From positions 2,816,001-2,880,000 of the forward strand of contig OZ240241.1 of assembly GCA_965198115.1 (NCBI GenBank): a stretch of 64,000 nucleotides of DNA, written 5' to 3'. Below, piece after piece: positions 33,059-43,603 of this stretch. The notes under the pieces were generated by a model. It saw nothing but the letters and a program-made list of their open reading frames with translations. It was not told the DNA's origin and did no database searches. How positions within the stretch are numbered: position 1 is the first letter of the stretch; each line of letters starts with the position of its first letter. The stretch is from Candidatus Latescibacterota bacterium (GTDB taxonomy: Bacteria > Latescibacterota > UBA2968). The position numbers and the translations under genes were made by a program.

Positions 33059-35475
33059 TACAGATCTCCAGACCAACTGATGCCGAGAGATGGCAGAATC
33101 GTAAACCAGGTCTCCAGGTCGCGCTGCAGCCGAACGTCCCCCGCGTTGCTGGGCATTCGGAAGTAGTCGTAGCCCCACACGTTCGAGTGATTTGTCATAT
33201 TGACGAGTTCGACGAAAAATCGCAGGTCGCCCCACGACGTCCTGACTCGGCGCGTCGCCCGTGCGTCCAGTCGCTGGTAGTTCGGGAACCTCGCGCCGTA
33301 GAGCTTTTCAGCCTTGATCGCGAAATCGGTCCGTCCGTCCTGTTCGATCTGCACCATTCGCTCGAGCGTACTGGGCCAGCCCGAGTGGTAGGCGTAGGAA
33401 AGACTGATCGACCACGCGTTAGACACCTGCCAGCTCAGGTCCGCGTTGAGCGCGTGACGTTGGTCCTGAGGCGCCGCGTGCGTCCGGTCGAACACCAGCC
33501 TATGGTCGTCGTTGATGTTGTCGATCCGACTCACCGTCTCTTCCACGAACGACAGGGCATAGCCGGTTCGGAGGGCGAGTCTGCTCCCGAGGTTGCGCTC
33601 GAAATACACTTCGGCGCCCTTGGAAGTCGACCTATCCGGATAGACGAGGATGTAGTCATCATCGCTTTCCGGAAACACGTCCTTCGGCGCCTTCCAATTT
33701 CTGAAAATCGGACGTAGGCTGGACCCGCGTTTGAAGTAGCCTTCTACACGCAGCTTGGACCCATCCTCGAACGCGTGTTCTACGCCTGCCGTCCACTGTT
33801 TCGACAGTTCGGCGGGGTAATATCGGCCGCGATTGTCGAGCGCGTCGATCTGTTCCAGACCCTGAAACTGACGGTAGTGACCCCACCCGAGCTTCAGGTT
33901 GGTATTGGAGGTCAGGTCCACACGAGCGTTCAGACGCGGGCTGAGGTGGCTTTCACCGACGTAACTCGCACGGTCGTAACGGGTGCCTATGGAAAAGGTC
34001 AGGGGATCGACCGGACGCATCCGTCCCGTGGCATAGGCCGCAAACGTTGTTCCGTTCTTTTTCTGTCCGCGTGTCGTTTCGACGGGAAAGAAGGCCAGAG
34101 GGTCCGGTGAGGGGTCATCCGGATCTCGCCAGACCTTGTTGTTGATCGTGTAATCCACGTCGAACCGCCGGAAATCGAATCCTGACTCGATGAAGAATTT
34201 ACTTGTCGCATCGAAGGACCAATCCTGCTTCAATCCGAGCACCGTCAGGTCTCTTCGGTCCGCTACCTCATATATCGCGTCTGCGGTATCTGTGTAAAAC
34301 TCGGTACCGCCGCGATTCCTGCGAATCAGCCCGACAGACCCCAAGGTCTGAACGGCTGCGCCCTCGCCAAGGACACCAGTATGGGTGAACCAAGCGTAGG
34401 AGTTCCCATACCTGTTATTCCCCCACTCGTGCGTCTTGATCGTATCCTGAAACCCGGTCGTGCCCGCTACATCGAACGAGTAGGTGTCCCTGGCGTGAAG
34501 CAGGTTGAGCGCAATCGTGTTTCGAGGGTTGACCTGGTAGCGCACCTTGGAAAAGATGTCATAGTAAACCGGTGAGGGGATATCGTTCTGGTTCATCAAC
34601 GTGAACACAAGGTCGAGATACCCGCGTCGCGCCGATACGATCCAGGACCCGTCACCCTCGGCGAACCTGCCCTCCGCGTGCCCTCGCAGGTTCATCAGGC
34701 TAAATCCCACGCTCGCCCTCGTACCATCCCCTCTCGGCTCCCGGGACTTGATGCTGAAGACACCACTCGTCTTGTTTCCGTATTCCGCCGAAAAGCCTCC
34801 CGTCATCAGCTCGACACCCTCGATCGTCTGCAGATCCAGGATACTCAGCGCGCCCTCGTTGAACTCCTTCATATGGTAGGGTTCGTAGAGCTCCAGCCCA
34901 TCGAACAGGATGAGCGTTTCTTCGTGCCGCCCTCCCCGGATTGAGAAGTGGGCGGAGATATCGCCAGACGACAGCCCCGGCAGTCGATTCACTGCTCGGA
35001 ACAGGTCCTCGCCGAATTGCGGAACCGATTCTATGTCCCGGCGCGTCATAATCTGTGACGCCGGTTCCGCGCCTTCCATAAATGTGAACGATCCCGGCGT
35101 AACCGTGATTTCCTTGAGCTCCTGCACCACGGGACTGAGGAATACGCGCAACGGCGTTTCGGGTGCGCCCTCGACGCGTAGCGACTCGAGGGCGAACGTT
35201 CCGTAGCCCACGCGACTGACGACCAATGTGTAGATCCCCGCGGAGACGGATTGGATCTCGAACCGTCCTTCTGGATCGGTGGTTGTAGCCCAATGCGAGT
35301 CGATCAGCCTGACATTCGCGAGATGGACGGGCTGCCCGGTCGTCTCATCCACGACTGTCCCCTGAACGGTGAACGACTCTGTGGCTCCGACGTCAGCCCG
35401 GAAAGCCAGCAACAGGAACAGTATCGCGCAAAAAAGCACTCGCGCGGCGAGGGGAAGGTAGAGTCGGATCATCAC
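33058..35475 (-). CDS. TonB-dependent receptor
   Basis: N-terminal carboxypeptidase-regulatory-like domain; plug LPG...IRGG; GGFSAEYG; RLD. Confidence 0.9.
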   Translation of the reverse strand: MMIRLYLPLAARVLFCAILFLLLAFRADVGATESFTVQGTVVDETTGQPVHLANVRLIDSHWATTTDPEGRFEIQSVSAGIYTLVVSRVGYGTFALESLRVEGAPETPLRVFLSPVVQELKEITVTPGSFTFMEGAEPASQIMTRRDIESVPQFGEDLFRAVNRLPGLSSGDISAHFSIRGGRHEETLILFDGLELYEPYHMKEFNEGALSILDLQTIEGVELMTGGFSAEYGNKTSGVFSIKSREPRGDGTRASVGFSLMNLRGHAEGRFAEGDGSWIVSARRGYLDLVFTLMNQNDIPSPVYYDIFSKVRYQVNPRNTIALNLLHARDTYSFDVAGTTGFQDTIKTHEWGNNRYGNSYAWFTHTGVLGEGAAVQTLGSVGLIRRNRGGTEFYTDTADAIYEVADRRDLTVLGLKQDWSFDATSKFFIESGFDFRRFDVDYTINNKVWRDPDDPSPDPLAFFPVETTRGQKKNGTTFAAYATGRMRPVDPLTFSIGTRYDRASYVGESHLSPRLNARVDLTSNTNLKLGWGHYRQFQGLEQIDALDNRGRYYPAELSKQWTAGVEHAFEDGSKLRVEGYFKRGSSLRPIFRNWKAPKDVFPESDDDYILVYPDRSTSKGAEVYFERNLGSRLALRTGYALSFVEETVSRIDNINDDHRLVFDRTHAAPQDQRHALNADLSWQVSNAWSISLSYAYHSGWPSTLERMVQIEQDGRTDFAIKAEKLYGARFPNYQRLDARATRRVRTSWGDLRFFVELVNMTNHSNVWGYDYFRMPSNAGDVRLQRDLETWFTILPSLGISWSGDL

Positions 35476-35513
35476 TTCCTCCGAGGTTTACCGCGAATCG
35501 CGGTAGTGAACGG

Positions 35514-35573
35514 ATTAACGATTCGGACGAAGCATACGGGATCCGGATTAAGCCTTGATTAATCGAACATTAG
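35514..35573. promoter_or_regulatory. Phased direct repeats, candidate OmpR-family boxes
   Basis: ATTAA at 35514, 35547 and 35558, ATTAG at 35569: spacings are multiples of 11 bp. Confidence 0.55.
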
Positions 35574-35660
35574 AAACCTCTCATCATCCTCACTTTCCAC
35601 TCCCGCGAGCGTGGCGTGTGTGCATACTTAGGGAAATCGGAGATCAGGAAGGGGCTCATC

Positions 35661-36334
35661 GTGCGTGTACTTCTGGTAGAAGATGATCCCAAGGTCGGGT
35701 CATTCATCGAGCAGGGTCTGGCCGAAAACGGCTATGTCGTAGAAGTGTGCCCGGACGGGGCCTCGGGGCTGGCGGCTTTCGAAGAGTCGAACTTCGACCT
35801 TGTCATCCTCGACTGGATGCTGCCTGACACGGATGGCGTGGCGGTCTGTCGCCGGATCCGGGACGAATCACCTACGATCCCGATCCTATTTCTCACCGTC
35901 AAAGCAACTGTCGCCGACAAAGTCACAGGACTGGAAGCAGGGGCAGACGACTACCTCACGAAGCCTTTTTCGTTCCTCGAACTCCTGGCCAGGACGCGGG
36001 CGCTGGCCCGCCGCCGTCAGGCCCCAGCCGACCCCCTGCGTATCGACGATCTTGAAATGAACCTGGAAGAGCGTCGCGTCTTGCGCGGAGGAGAATCCGT
36101 CGACCTGACCAGTCGCGAGTTTTCGATCCTCGAATACTTCCTCGGAATCAGAACCGCCTGATCACACGGGCGACGCTGGCCGATCAGATCTGGAACATCG
36201 ACTTCGACCGACGCTCGAATGTCGTCGACGTCTACATCAGCTACCTGAGAAAGAAGCTGGCCTGCGGTTCCGGCCGTCCCCTACTCCACACGCTCCGCGG
36301 TGCGGGTTACGTGATGAAGGTGGAGGAGCAGTGA
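35661..36334 (+). CDS. OmpR-family response regulator; frameshift near 36140
   Basis: LLVEDD, LDWMLP, GADDYLTKPF; NVVDVYISYLRKK and TLRGAGY in the shifted frame. Confidence 0.88.
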
Positions 36335-37695
36335 CCCTCCGCGTCAAACTCATTCTGGGTTTCGTAGGTTCGGGGCTCTGTGTTCTGGTTACTGCATCCC
36401 TCGTCTACTACGCTTCCTTCCGCGCGCTCGTCCGAGGTGGCCTCGAGGAAGAGCTCATCGACGACACGATCGAATTCGTCGAAACGGTCGAATGGACCGG
36501 AAGTCGGGTGTGGGTGCGCGACGACTTCGTCTGGGAAGACATCGACGAGGAGGCGGTGGAGGTCGTCGATCACGCTCTGGGCACGCTGAGGAAGAGCGAT
36601 AACCTGGGCGATGCTTCGCTCGTCGACCTGTTCGATGTCGAACCGACCGAAGAACCGGTCGCCCTCTTCGCAGAAATTGACGACGCGCAACTCGTCTGCG
36701 CCGTTCGCCCAGTCTACCGTGATGATGAGATCATCGCATACGTGCTCCTCGCCGAAAGCGCCGAGCAGGCAGACGAGTACGTCGATATCCTGCAGGAGGT
36801 GATGCTCGCCTCGATCGCGTTTCTCGTCGTCTTCGGAGCTGGGATGGGATACGTCATCGCCGGCAGGCTGGTGCGTCCCGTCGTCGCGATTCAAAAAACG
36901 GTCGGGGAGATCGACTTGAAAAGACTGGACCGTCGCATCGACCGCGTCAGTGACGATCCCGATGTACGCAACCTCGTCGATACGCTCAACGACCTGTTCG
37001 AGCGACTCGAGAAGTCCTACGATGAGATCGCCAGCTTCTCTGCCAACGTCGCGCACGAGCTCCATACCCCGCTTACCATCCTCCGCGGCAACATCGAGGT
37101 CGCCCTTTCGCGCGATCGCAGCACCGATGAGTACGTCCAGATCCTGTCCGACATCCTCGAGGAAACCCTTCACACAATCCACATCGTCGACAGCTTGTTG
37201 ATGCTCGCACGAAGCGAGTCTGCCGTCCAACAACTGAAAGGGGAAGTGATCCGCCTCAGCGACTTCATCAGCCATCAGCAGGACGACTTCGAAGCGCTCT
37301 GTTCCCTGAAGTCGCAAAAACTCATCGTCCGCGTTCACGAATCGGCCGTCATCTCGGGCGATCGCGCCCTCCTGATCCAGTTATTGCTGAACCTCGTCTC
37401 AAACGCCTCCAAGTATTCGCCCGCGGGAGCGACCATCGAGGTGGAGGTCAAACCAGGAAGACGTGAGAAGATCCTTCTATCCGTGGCGGATACCGGTGTC
37501 GGCATTCCCGAAACCGACCACGTGAAGGTTTTCGAGCGGTTCTACCGGCCCGAAACGACCGGCCGCAGAACGGAAGGGGCCGGGCTGGGGCTATCGATCT
37601 GCAAGGTGATCGCCGAGGCGCACGGTGGATCCATCGGTCTCGAAAGTAGACCGGGACAAGGAACCCGGGTCACGGTCGCTTTACCTTCATCGTAG
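36331..37695 (+). CDS. HAMP-domain sensor histidine kinase
   Basis: AHELHTPL H-box; N, G1, F and G2 boxes; two TM segments. Confidence 0.93.
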   Translation: MTLRVKLILGFVGSGLCVLVTASLVYYASFRALVRGGLEEELIDDTIEFVETVEWTGSRVWVRDDFVWEDIDEEAVEVVDHALGTLRKSDNLGDASLVDLFDVEPTEEPVALFAEIDDAQLVCAVRPVYRDDEIIAYVLLAESAEQADEYVDILQEVMLASIAFLVVFGAGMGYVIAGRLVRPVVAIQKTVGEIDLKRLDRRIDRVSDDPDVRNLVDTLNDLFERLEKSYDEIASFSANVAHELHTPLTILRGNIEVALSRDRSTDEYVQILSDILEETLHTIHIVDSLLMLARSESAVQQLKGEVIRLSDFISHQQDDFEALCSLKSQKLIVRVHESAVISGDRALLIQLLLNLVSNASKYSPAGATIEVEVKPGRREKILLSVADTGVGIPETDHVKVFERFYRPETTGRRTEGAGLGLSICKVIAEAHGGSIGLESRPGQGTRVTVALPSS

Positions 37696-37893
37696 CGCAG
37701 AACCCTTTGCCTTTCAGGCAACGGCGGATGGGTGTCACCAACAGTGGCCCCGGGGCCACTGTTGAGACGGGATTCGCCTTCCTAATAGCAGATCCCCCAA
37801 TTCCTCACTTTTTCACACATTTGTTGACAGGTCAGAAATCCTGCCACAACTTATAAGAGTTGTTTTTGCAATGGATTACGCTAGGAGACAGGT

Positions 37894-38154
37894 ATGATTC
37901 TCCCCACAATCACCGTAATCTGCCTGTGCGCACTTGTGGCAGCCAAATTCCTGACCGCCGCAAGTCTGAACAGTGTGCGTAAAAGGGCAGCCGAAATCGA
38001 CACAGACGTCCGCAAGGCGCGTGGCCTGGCCAAAGCGGCCGAGAACGCCAAAGGCGTAGCCGGTCGCGGCGTCAACACCAAGGCCCGCAAAAAGAAGACG
38101 CTCGAAAAACAAATCGAGAAATACCGCAAGGAACTTGCCGAGCTCAAGAAATAG
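37894..38154 (+). CDS. Small membrane-anchored basic coiled-coil protein
   Basis: AGGAG RBS, TTGACA upstream, terminator downstream. Confidence 0.7.
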   Translation: MILPTITVICLCALVAAKFLTAASLNSVRKRAAEIDTDVRKARGLAKAAENAKGVAGRGVNTKARKKKTLEKQIEKYRKELAELKK

Positions 38155-38173
38155 GCCTTCCCCGACCGACCGC

Positions 38174-38212
38174 AAAAAAAACGGCCCGTGTGACACACAC
38201 GTGGCCGTTTTC
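38174..38212. terminator. Bidirectional intrinsic terminator
   Basis: A-run, ACGGCC...GGCCGT stem, T-run, between convergent genes. Confidence 0.6.
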
Positions 38213-38368
38213 TGTTGATGGAAGTGATATCCGAATCCGATCGGGGATTTCCGATATCGCGACTGCGGTATATACGTTGACGCGAAGCCGTCTCTACCGC
38301 CCACGGCCTACAGGTTCGCAGCCGGGAGGCTGCTCCCACCGTCTACAATCCGCCGCCCTATCTCTCCA

Positions 38369-38713
38369 CTACCGACCCCTCCTCCACAACTTCCACCAGC
38401 GACCCTCCTCCCCCCTTCCCAGGTGTTCGGCGGGCACAGCCGACAGTCGCTCGAGAACCGCCGTCAACGCGCCCTTCAGAATGACCGACGCCTTCTCCTT
38501 GTCGCGATCGGCCAGCGTCAGCCCAAGTCGGACGTTTTGCTGAACGTCGCTCGGGAAGACGTGATTCATAATCGCGTCGTCCTCGTTCAGCGTCTCGCCA
38601 CCCGTCCGAATCCGATAGGCTTCGATGGCCGCATCTCGGAAGGCGTCGGGATCCTTGTCCTGAATCGTGGCCCGTATCCCTTCGCTCAAAACCGCCGTGA
38701 TTTCGTCCGTCAT
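38369..38713 (-). CDS. Hypothetical protein
   Basis: Clean ORF with GAAGGA RBS; ends WWKLW. Confidence 0.6.
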   Translation of the reverse strand: MTDEITAVLSEGIRATIQDKDPDAFRDAAIEAYRIRTGGETLNEDDAIMNHVFPSDVQQNVRLGLTLADRDKEKASVILKGALTAVLERLSAVPAEHLGRGEEGRWWKLWRRGR

Positions 38714-38752
38714 CTGTCCTTCGGTCACAACGCCCTTCCCATTCCTTTCGAG

Positions 38753-39839
38753 TTAGCCTTCTACCGATGAAGGGAACACCACGTAGGTGCCATCCTGGAT
38801 GACGCTGCAAGTCGCGCCGTCGTCCGATGTCAGCACGACCTTGGTCACCTGTATCGGACTGTCCGTTGCGTAGACAATGTCCTGATGAACGACCCGATCT
38901 GCAGAGGAAAAAGCTTCAGGCCCGACCGTCCCACCAAGATGTTCACTGCGGCCGTAGGCCCAATGGAACCCGGCTTTCTCGTCCTCCAGCACGTTCCCCC
39001 AAACCACGGCCTTCGGGTTGCACCCGAAAGCGAGCTCGGCGATGTTTCCCTGCGCCGGCTCTTCTGCGAAAGCGACGCGCAGTCGTTGCGCGGTCGGCCC
39101 GATCCCCTCCACATCCACGACCCGATTCGCCTCGACTTTGAACAAAGCGACATCACCATCCAGCGCGACCGGAATCTCCCCTTCGGTCCTCGAGGACTCC
39201 CCCTCCCGCTCCCCTTCATACGACACTTGAAAGCCTTCGCCGCTCGGAAGATTGATCACACGTGTCGGCTTGTCGCGCGGCAACTGACCGTCGTCTGTCC
39301 TCGCTTCCCGATAGCGGAGATCCACGCGCCACTCGTGGCCCGTCGCAAAGGTCACGTTGGCTTCCACCGCCGGATTCAGCAGATCGACCAGCACCTTGCA
39401 CCGTCGCGCCACTTCGGCGTAATCGGCGGCGAGGGCGGTCTTTTCCGTTCGACGGGCAACACCTGGCAAGGTCGCCATTCGGATGTCCTCGTGGGACTCC
39501 GCCCACACCACCATCGGCGCAGATGACGAGAACTCCGTCGGGACGACCACGGCTGTGGCTTCCGAAAGCGCCTCACGCAGGGGGATCGGGTCGCCGTCGT
39601 CGAGGGGGAGGTCGGCGTTATGGGCACCCGTAGCGGGGTAGGTCACGAGCGGGAGAATCTCAACGCCCAAATCACTCGACGCCTCCGCCAACAGGGACCG
39701 CCAGGTGGCGGCCATCGCGTTCCTGCCAGGCAGTCGAGTACTTCACATCCCCGGTGGGCGCATCCGTCGCCACGAGCACGCGCTCGCCGGGCTCGGGATG
39801 AAACACATCGACGAACAGCTTCAGAAAATCGAATGCCAC
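38753..39839 (-). CDS. Aminopeptidase-like (M29-related) protein; frameshift near 39718
   Basis: NLPSGE, NIAEL.FG.N, LEDEK, H.AYG.S.H and HQD; N-terminus MAFDFLKLF in another frame. Confidence 0.75.
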
Positions 39840-39934
39840 TCAACCCCCTCTTTCCACAGATCCCCCAAAGGAACCGATTGCGCGCACAAGAAGGTAGACT
39901 AAATTGGGGCAGTCTGCGAGATCTGGAGGAGAAC

Positions 39935-40132
39935 GTGCAGATCCGTAAGGGCATCCGGAATTTCGAAGTCGAGGCGGAACACGACGGTGACTTCTGGTTC
40001 GTCTCGATCTACGAAATCGAAGACAACCGCAGGAGGCAATTGTACGTCTACAAAATCAACCACCCTCGCGATGAGGCAGGGGCGCGCGAACGAGGGTGGG
40101 AGATCTATCGACAGCGCCATTTGAACGGGTGA
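39935..40132 (+). CDS. Small hypothetical protein (65 aa)
   Basis: GGAGGAG RBS plus GTG; closely spaced with the next gene. Confidence 0.65.
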   Translation: MQIRKGIRNFEVEAEHDGDFWFVSIYEIEDNRRRQLYVYKINHPRDEAGARERGWEIYRQRHLNG

Positions 40133-40135
40133 GGT

Positions 40136-40591
40136 ATGGCCAGAATACTGATCATCGACGATGAACCCGAGATCCGAATCGCGACGAGACGAATCCTGGA
40201 ACGCGCGGGTCACGACGTGATCGAGGCCTCGACCGGAGAAGAAGGGGTCGAAGCATTCAAGGCCACACCCGCCGATCTCATCATCACCGACATCTTGATG
40301 CCCGGTCAGGGAGGCGTGGAAACCGTAGCTCAGCTCCGCGAAGAGAGCCCCGGTTTGCGCATCATCGCGATGTCCGCCCACGCGCTCGACGAACTGCCCG
40401 AGGCAGCTAAACTCGGCGCCGCCCGAACCATCGTCAAGCCGTTTGCCGTCGACACGCTAACCAAGATCGTCGATGAAGTCTTGAGGGGCGACGAGCCGGA
40501 AGAAGAGGAAGAAATAGACGGACTGGACGAACTCGTCATCGACGATGACATCGAGTGGCCCGACGAAGAAGAGGAGGAGGAAAACAATTAG
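40136..40591 (+). CDS. Stand-alone receiver-domain protein with acidic tail
   Basis: IIDDE, TDILMP and KPF; D/E-rich C-terminus. Confidence 0.9.
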   Translation: MARILIIDDEPEIRIATRRILERAGHDVIEASTGEEGVEAFKATPADLIITDILMPGQGGVETVAQLREESPGLRIIAMSAHALDELPEAAKLGAARTIVKPFAVDTLTKIVDEVLRGDEPEEEEEIDGLDELVIDDDIEWPDEEEEEENN

Positions 40592-40706
40592 GAAATTGCC
40601 GTATTAGGGAATAGCACATTGAGGGGAGCGTGCGATCGATCCGCGCCCCTCAGTTTCATAATTACTCACTTTCATAATTTCATAATCGATTCACGGGGGT
40701 TTCAGA

Positions 40707-41648
40707 ATGCACGTTTCGGTTTGGGACGGTGGGATGACTGATCAGTATCTGACACAGGCCGCGCAGATCGGCGCAGAGTATGTCGACTTTGGTGGGGGCA
40801 CTGCTTTCCCGGGTGTGGAAGAACAAGGCTATCCCGATGCCGGCGAAGTCGTCGCCATCAGAAAACGTCTGCAATCCTACGGGCTCGACGTGAACCGCGT
40901 CACGCTTCCCGACATCACCGATGATTTCATGAACGGTCGTGGGAACGAGCAGGACGTCGAGAACACGGCCAAGGCGATGCGTATTTACGCCGATGCGGGT
41001 GTTCCGATCGCCCGACAGCGTTTCGGCGGAGATACGTTCCCCGTGATGGCCAGTTGGCGGGGGACCCATCGGGGGGGCTACGTATCCCGCGCCGAGAGCC
41101 TGGCCTATCCTCCGGTCGAATGGCCTGACAAGGAAGCCCTCGATCGCTGGTGGGGTCAGTTCCGCAAGGTCTACGACGCCCTCGTCCCGATCGCCGATGA
41201 AACCGGCACCAAGCTCGCGCTCCATCCGTCCGACACACCGAATCAGGACACCCCTTTCGGCGGCATCGGCTTCCATCGCGTCATCGACGACTACCCCAGC
41301 CGTCACGTCGGCTACCTCTACTGCTGCGGAACACGGGCCGAATCGGGTGGCTCGGCTATCGTCCTCGACGAGCTCAACAACTACGGCCGCAAGGGCAAGA
41401 TCTTCATGATTCACTTCCGCAACATCCGCGGAAGCCTGGCCAGCGCCAACGCCTTCGAGGAAGTACTCCTCGACGACGGCGATATGAATATGTTCAAGCT
41501 CCTGCTCGAACTGCGGAAGGTCGGCTTCAACGGCTGCATCAACGCCGACCATCACCCCCGGCTCAAGGGAGACGAGGGTGGGTTTGCCGCGCTGAGCTAT
41601 GCGGTCGGATATATCAAGGCGTGTCTCGCCGCGCTCTCTGTCGTTTAG
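40707..41648 (+). CDS. Mannonate dehydratase (UxuA)-family protein, second paralog
   Basis: ALHPSDTP, IHFRNIRG, DDGDMNM and DHHP motifs. Confidence 0.82.
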   Translation: MHVSVWDGGMTDQYLTQAAQIGAEYVDFGGGTAFPGVEEQGYPDAGEVVAIRKRLQSYGLDVNRVTLPDITDDFMNGRGNEQDVENTAKAMRIYADAGVPIARQRFGGDTFPVMASWRGTHRGGYVSRAESLAYPPVEWPDKEALDRWWGQFRKVYDALVPIADETGTKLALHPSDTPNQDTPFGGIGFHRVIDDYPSRHVGYLYCCGTRAESGGSAIVLDELNNYGRKGKIFMIHFRNIRGSLASANAFEEVLLDDGDMNMFKLLLELRKVGFNGCINADHHPRLKGDEGGFAALSYAVGYIKACLAALSVV

Positions 41649-41816
41649 AAAGACGAACACGAAGTCACGAAGGTGCGAAGAGAAGCAGGTTTTCAGGCAG
41701 GACAACAGAAAGGGCTACGTTGTTTCGACGTAGCCCTTCTTCATTCGCCCCAACCTATGTTACCTATACGATACGTTGGTCTTTCTTCGTGTCTTCGCGC
41801 CTTCGTGTTGATTGGT

Positions 41817-43181
41817 TTAGAAGGTGCTGTCTTTTGTGGTAAACGGACACCACCGGGTCGTTTCCATCCACGCGAGCAACGCGTCGACGGCTTCCGGTGT
41901 CCGAACCCGGCTGAGCGCTGAGACGGCGTGGCCGCTAACGTATCGGTTATCGTCGTGCAGGGCGTTGACAAGAGCAGGGACAGCCTCGGCGGCTTCAGCG
42001 CCAAAGCGAGCGAGCGAATACGCGGCATTGTACCGAACCTGCGAGTCCTCGTCCGACAACGCCTTCGCGAGCGCGGGCACGGCCCTATCCGGAATGGACG
42101 CGATGGTCCCTAGAGCTTCAGCCGCGTGGTGTCGCACTCCCTCCGAACTGTCGGACAAAGCATTCACGAGCGCCGGAACCGCATCATCCGCTCGGGACCC
42201 CATATCCCCTAACGCAAAGGCTGCGTGCGATCGAACATCCTCTTCATTGTTCGCCAAAGCGGCAGTCAATCGCTCGACCGCTGGACGACCGACAACCCCG
42301 AGCCCGTAAGCGGCCATCCGACGCGTCTGTTCGTTGTCGCCCTCCAGCGCGTCACCCAGCGGGCTCACCGCCCTCTCGCCGGAACGGCCGAGTCCATACG
42401 CCGCGTTGATACGCTCTCGTTCCGAGTCGGATGACAACGCCGTAACGTCGACGTCGTCCCCAGGTCGCGAATCCCGCCCGCACAGCCAATCCCAGTGCTG
42501 AGACCAGACGACATCGTGATCCGAAAGACCGTTGTTTGAAGACTGCCACGCGTCATCCTCCGCATCCCACGATGGCGCTGTAGGCTCGCTCATCCGATGG
42601 AACTGGAACTTCATCATATAACGATTGTCACCCGTCTTGTTGGCTGTCGCCCGGTGCCAGATGTCAAAGTGCACGATGGCGATCGTTCCCGCCTCACCCA
42701 AAACGGGTTGTCCGATGTCATTCACCTCGTCGAGATTCTCATCATAGATGTGAGAGCCGGGGGCCACGCGTGTCGGTCCGTTGTCTGGATAAATCGCCTG
42801 GGGGTAGTAGAAGGCCATCGCCCAGCGCGGGTGATGGTAGCGAATCTTGTGATAGCCCCAGTAGCTGTCCTTGTGCCAGCGGCGATCGTCCGATTTCCCC
42901 TTCGTCAGGTGGCCGTGACGATGCACGTGCATCACGTGGTCGGCCCCGAGGATGCTGGAGAAGGCTCCGGTGACCGTCGGATGGTCGAACAGCCGCTGTA
43001 ATGCTGGGATACGTGGTAGAATGTTGTTCCCCGGATTGCCCTCCGCTTCGTAGACCTCCTCGCATCGTTCGTAGACTTCCTGGTGGAACCCATCCGGCAT
43101 ATCCACTTTCAAAACCACAAAGCCCTGAGTCACGAACTGACACATCTGCTCGTCATTCAACAGGCCACTCACATTCGACAT
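41817..43181 (-). CDS. PhyH-like dioxygenase fused to HEAT/PBS-lyase repeats
   Basis: WHKD, PGSH and IWH; repeats of VR..AA.ALG. Confidence 0.85.
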   Translation of the reverse strand: MSNVSGLLNDEQMCQFVTQGFVVLKVDMPDGFHQEVYERCEEVYEAEGNPGNNILPRIPALQRLFDHPTVTGAFSSILGADHVMHVHRHGHLTKGKSDDRRWHKDSYWGYHKIRYHHPRWAMAFYYPQAIYPDNGPTRVAPGSHIYDENLDEVNDIGQPVLGEAGTIAIVHFDIWHRATANKTGDNRYMMKFQFHRMSEPTAPSWDAEDDAWQSSNNGLSDHDVVWSQHWDWLCGRDSRPGDDVDVTALSSDSERERINAAYGLGRSGERAVSPLGDALEGDNEQTRRMAAYGLGVVGRPAVERLTAALANNEEDVRSHAAFALGDMGSRADDAVPALVNALSDSSEGVRHHAAEALGTIASIPDRAVPALAKALSDEDSQVRYNAAYSLARFGAEAAEAVPALVNALHDDNRYVSGHAVSALSRVRTPEAVDALLAWMETTRWCPFTTKDSTF

Positions 43182-43376
43182 CGATCGTCTCCATCCTTTG
43201 TTGGTCCTAGTGACTTCGAAATCCACCATAGAAAAACACCCCCTACACCACCCGTGTCAAGACCCCCATCGGGCTCGTCCGGCGATGGTGAGTCGAGTCT
43301 CTTACCCGGCGGTCTGCCAAAGCGGTGCAGCCGCAAGGGAGGACTCGCATGCACGCCCTTTCTCCCCCTCCGTTTC

Positions 43377-43405
43377 TTGACACCCCCAACCGAAAAGGGT
43401 AATTT
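43377..43405 (+). promoter_or_regulatory. Sigma70 promoter of tRNA-Leu
   Basis: TTGACA-N17-TAATTT. Confidence 0.7.
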
Positions 43406-43445
43406 CCCATCGCTTGGGAAGGTTTCCAAGCCCCGGATCGCCCGT

Positions 43446-43532
43446 GCCGAAGTGGTGGAACTGGTAGACGCGCTGCGTTCAGGGCGCAGTGTCCTTAGGG
43501 ACGTGGGGGTTCGAATCCCCCCTTCGGCACCA
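43446..43532 (+). tRNA. tRNA-Leu(CAG), canonical class II
   Basis: Full cloverleaf, long variable arm, A73, encoded CCA. Confidence 0.97.
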
Positions 43533-43534
43533 GG

Positions 43535-43579
43535 AAAAAACAGCGGGTTACGTCAATTTGGCGTGACCCGTTTTCTTTT
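43535..43579 (+). terminator. Terminator after tRNA-Leu
   Basis: GCGGGTTACGTCAA/TTGGCGTGACCCGT stem followed by a T-run. Confidence 0.75.
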
Positions 43580-43603
43580 CTGATGAAACTCTCTACCATT
43601 CCG

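Noticed and set aside
2654-37338. Long antisense ORFs (e.g. 2654-3898, 4118-5041, 21564-22550, 22463-23665, 36307-37338)
   Set aside because: Typical high-GC shadow frames opposite well-supported genes.
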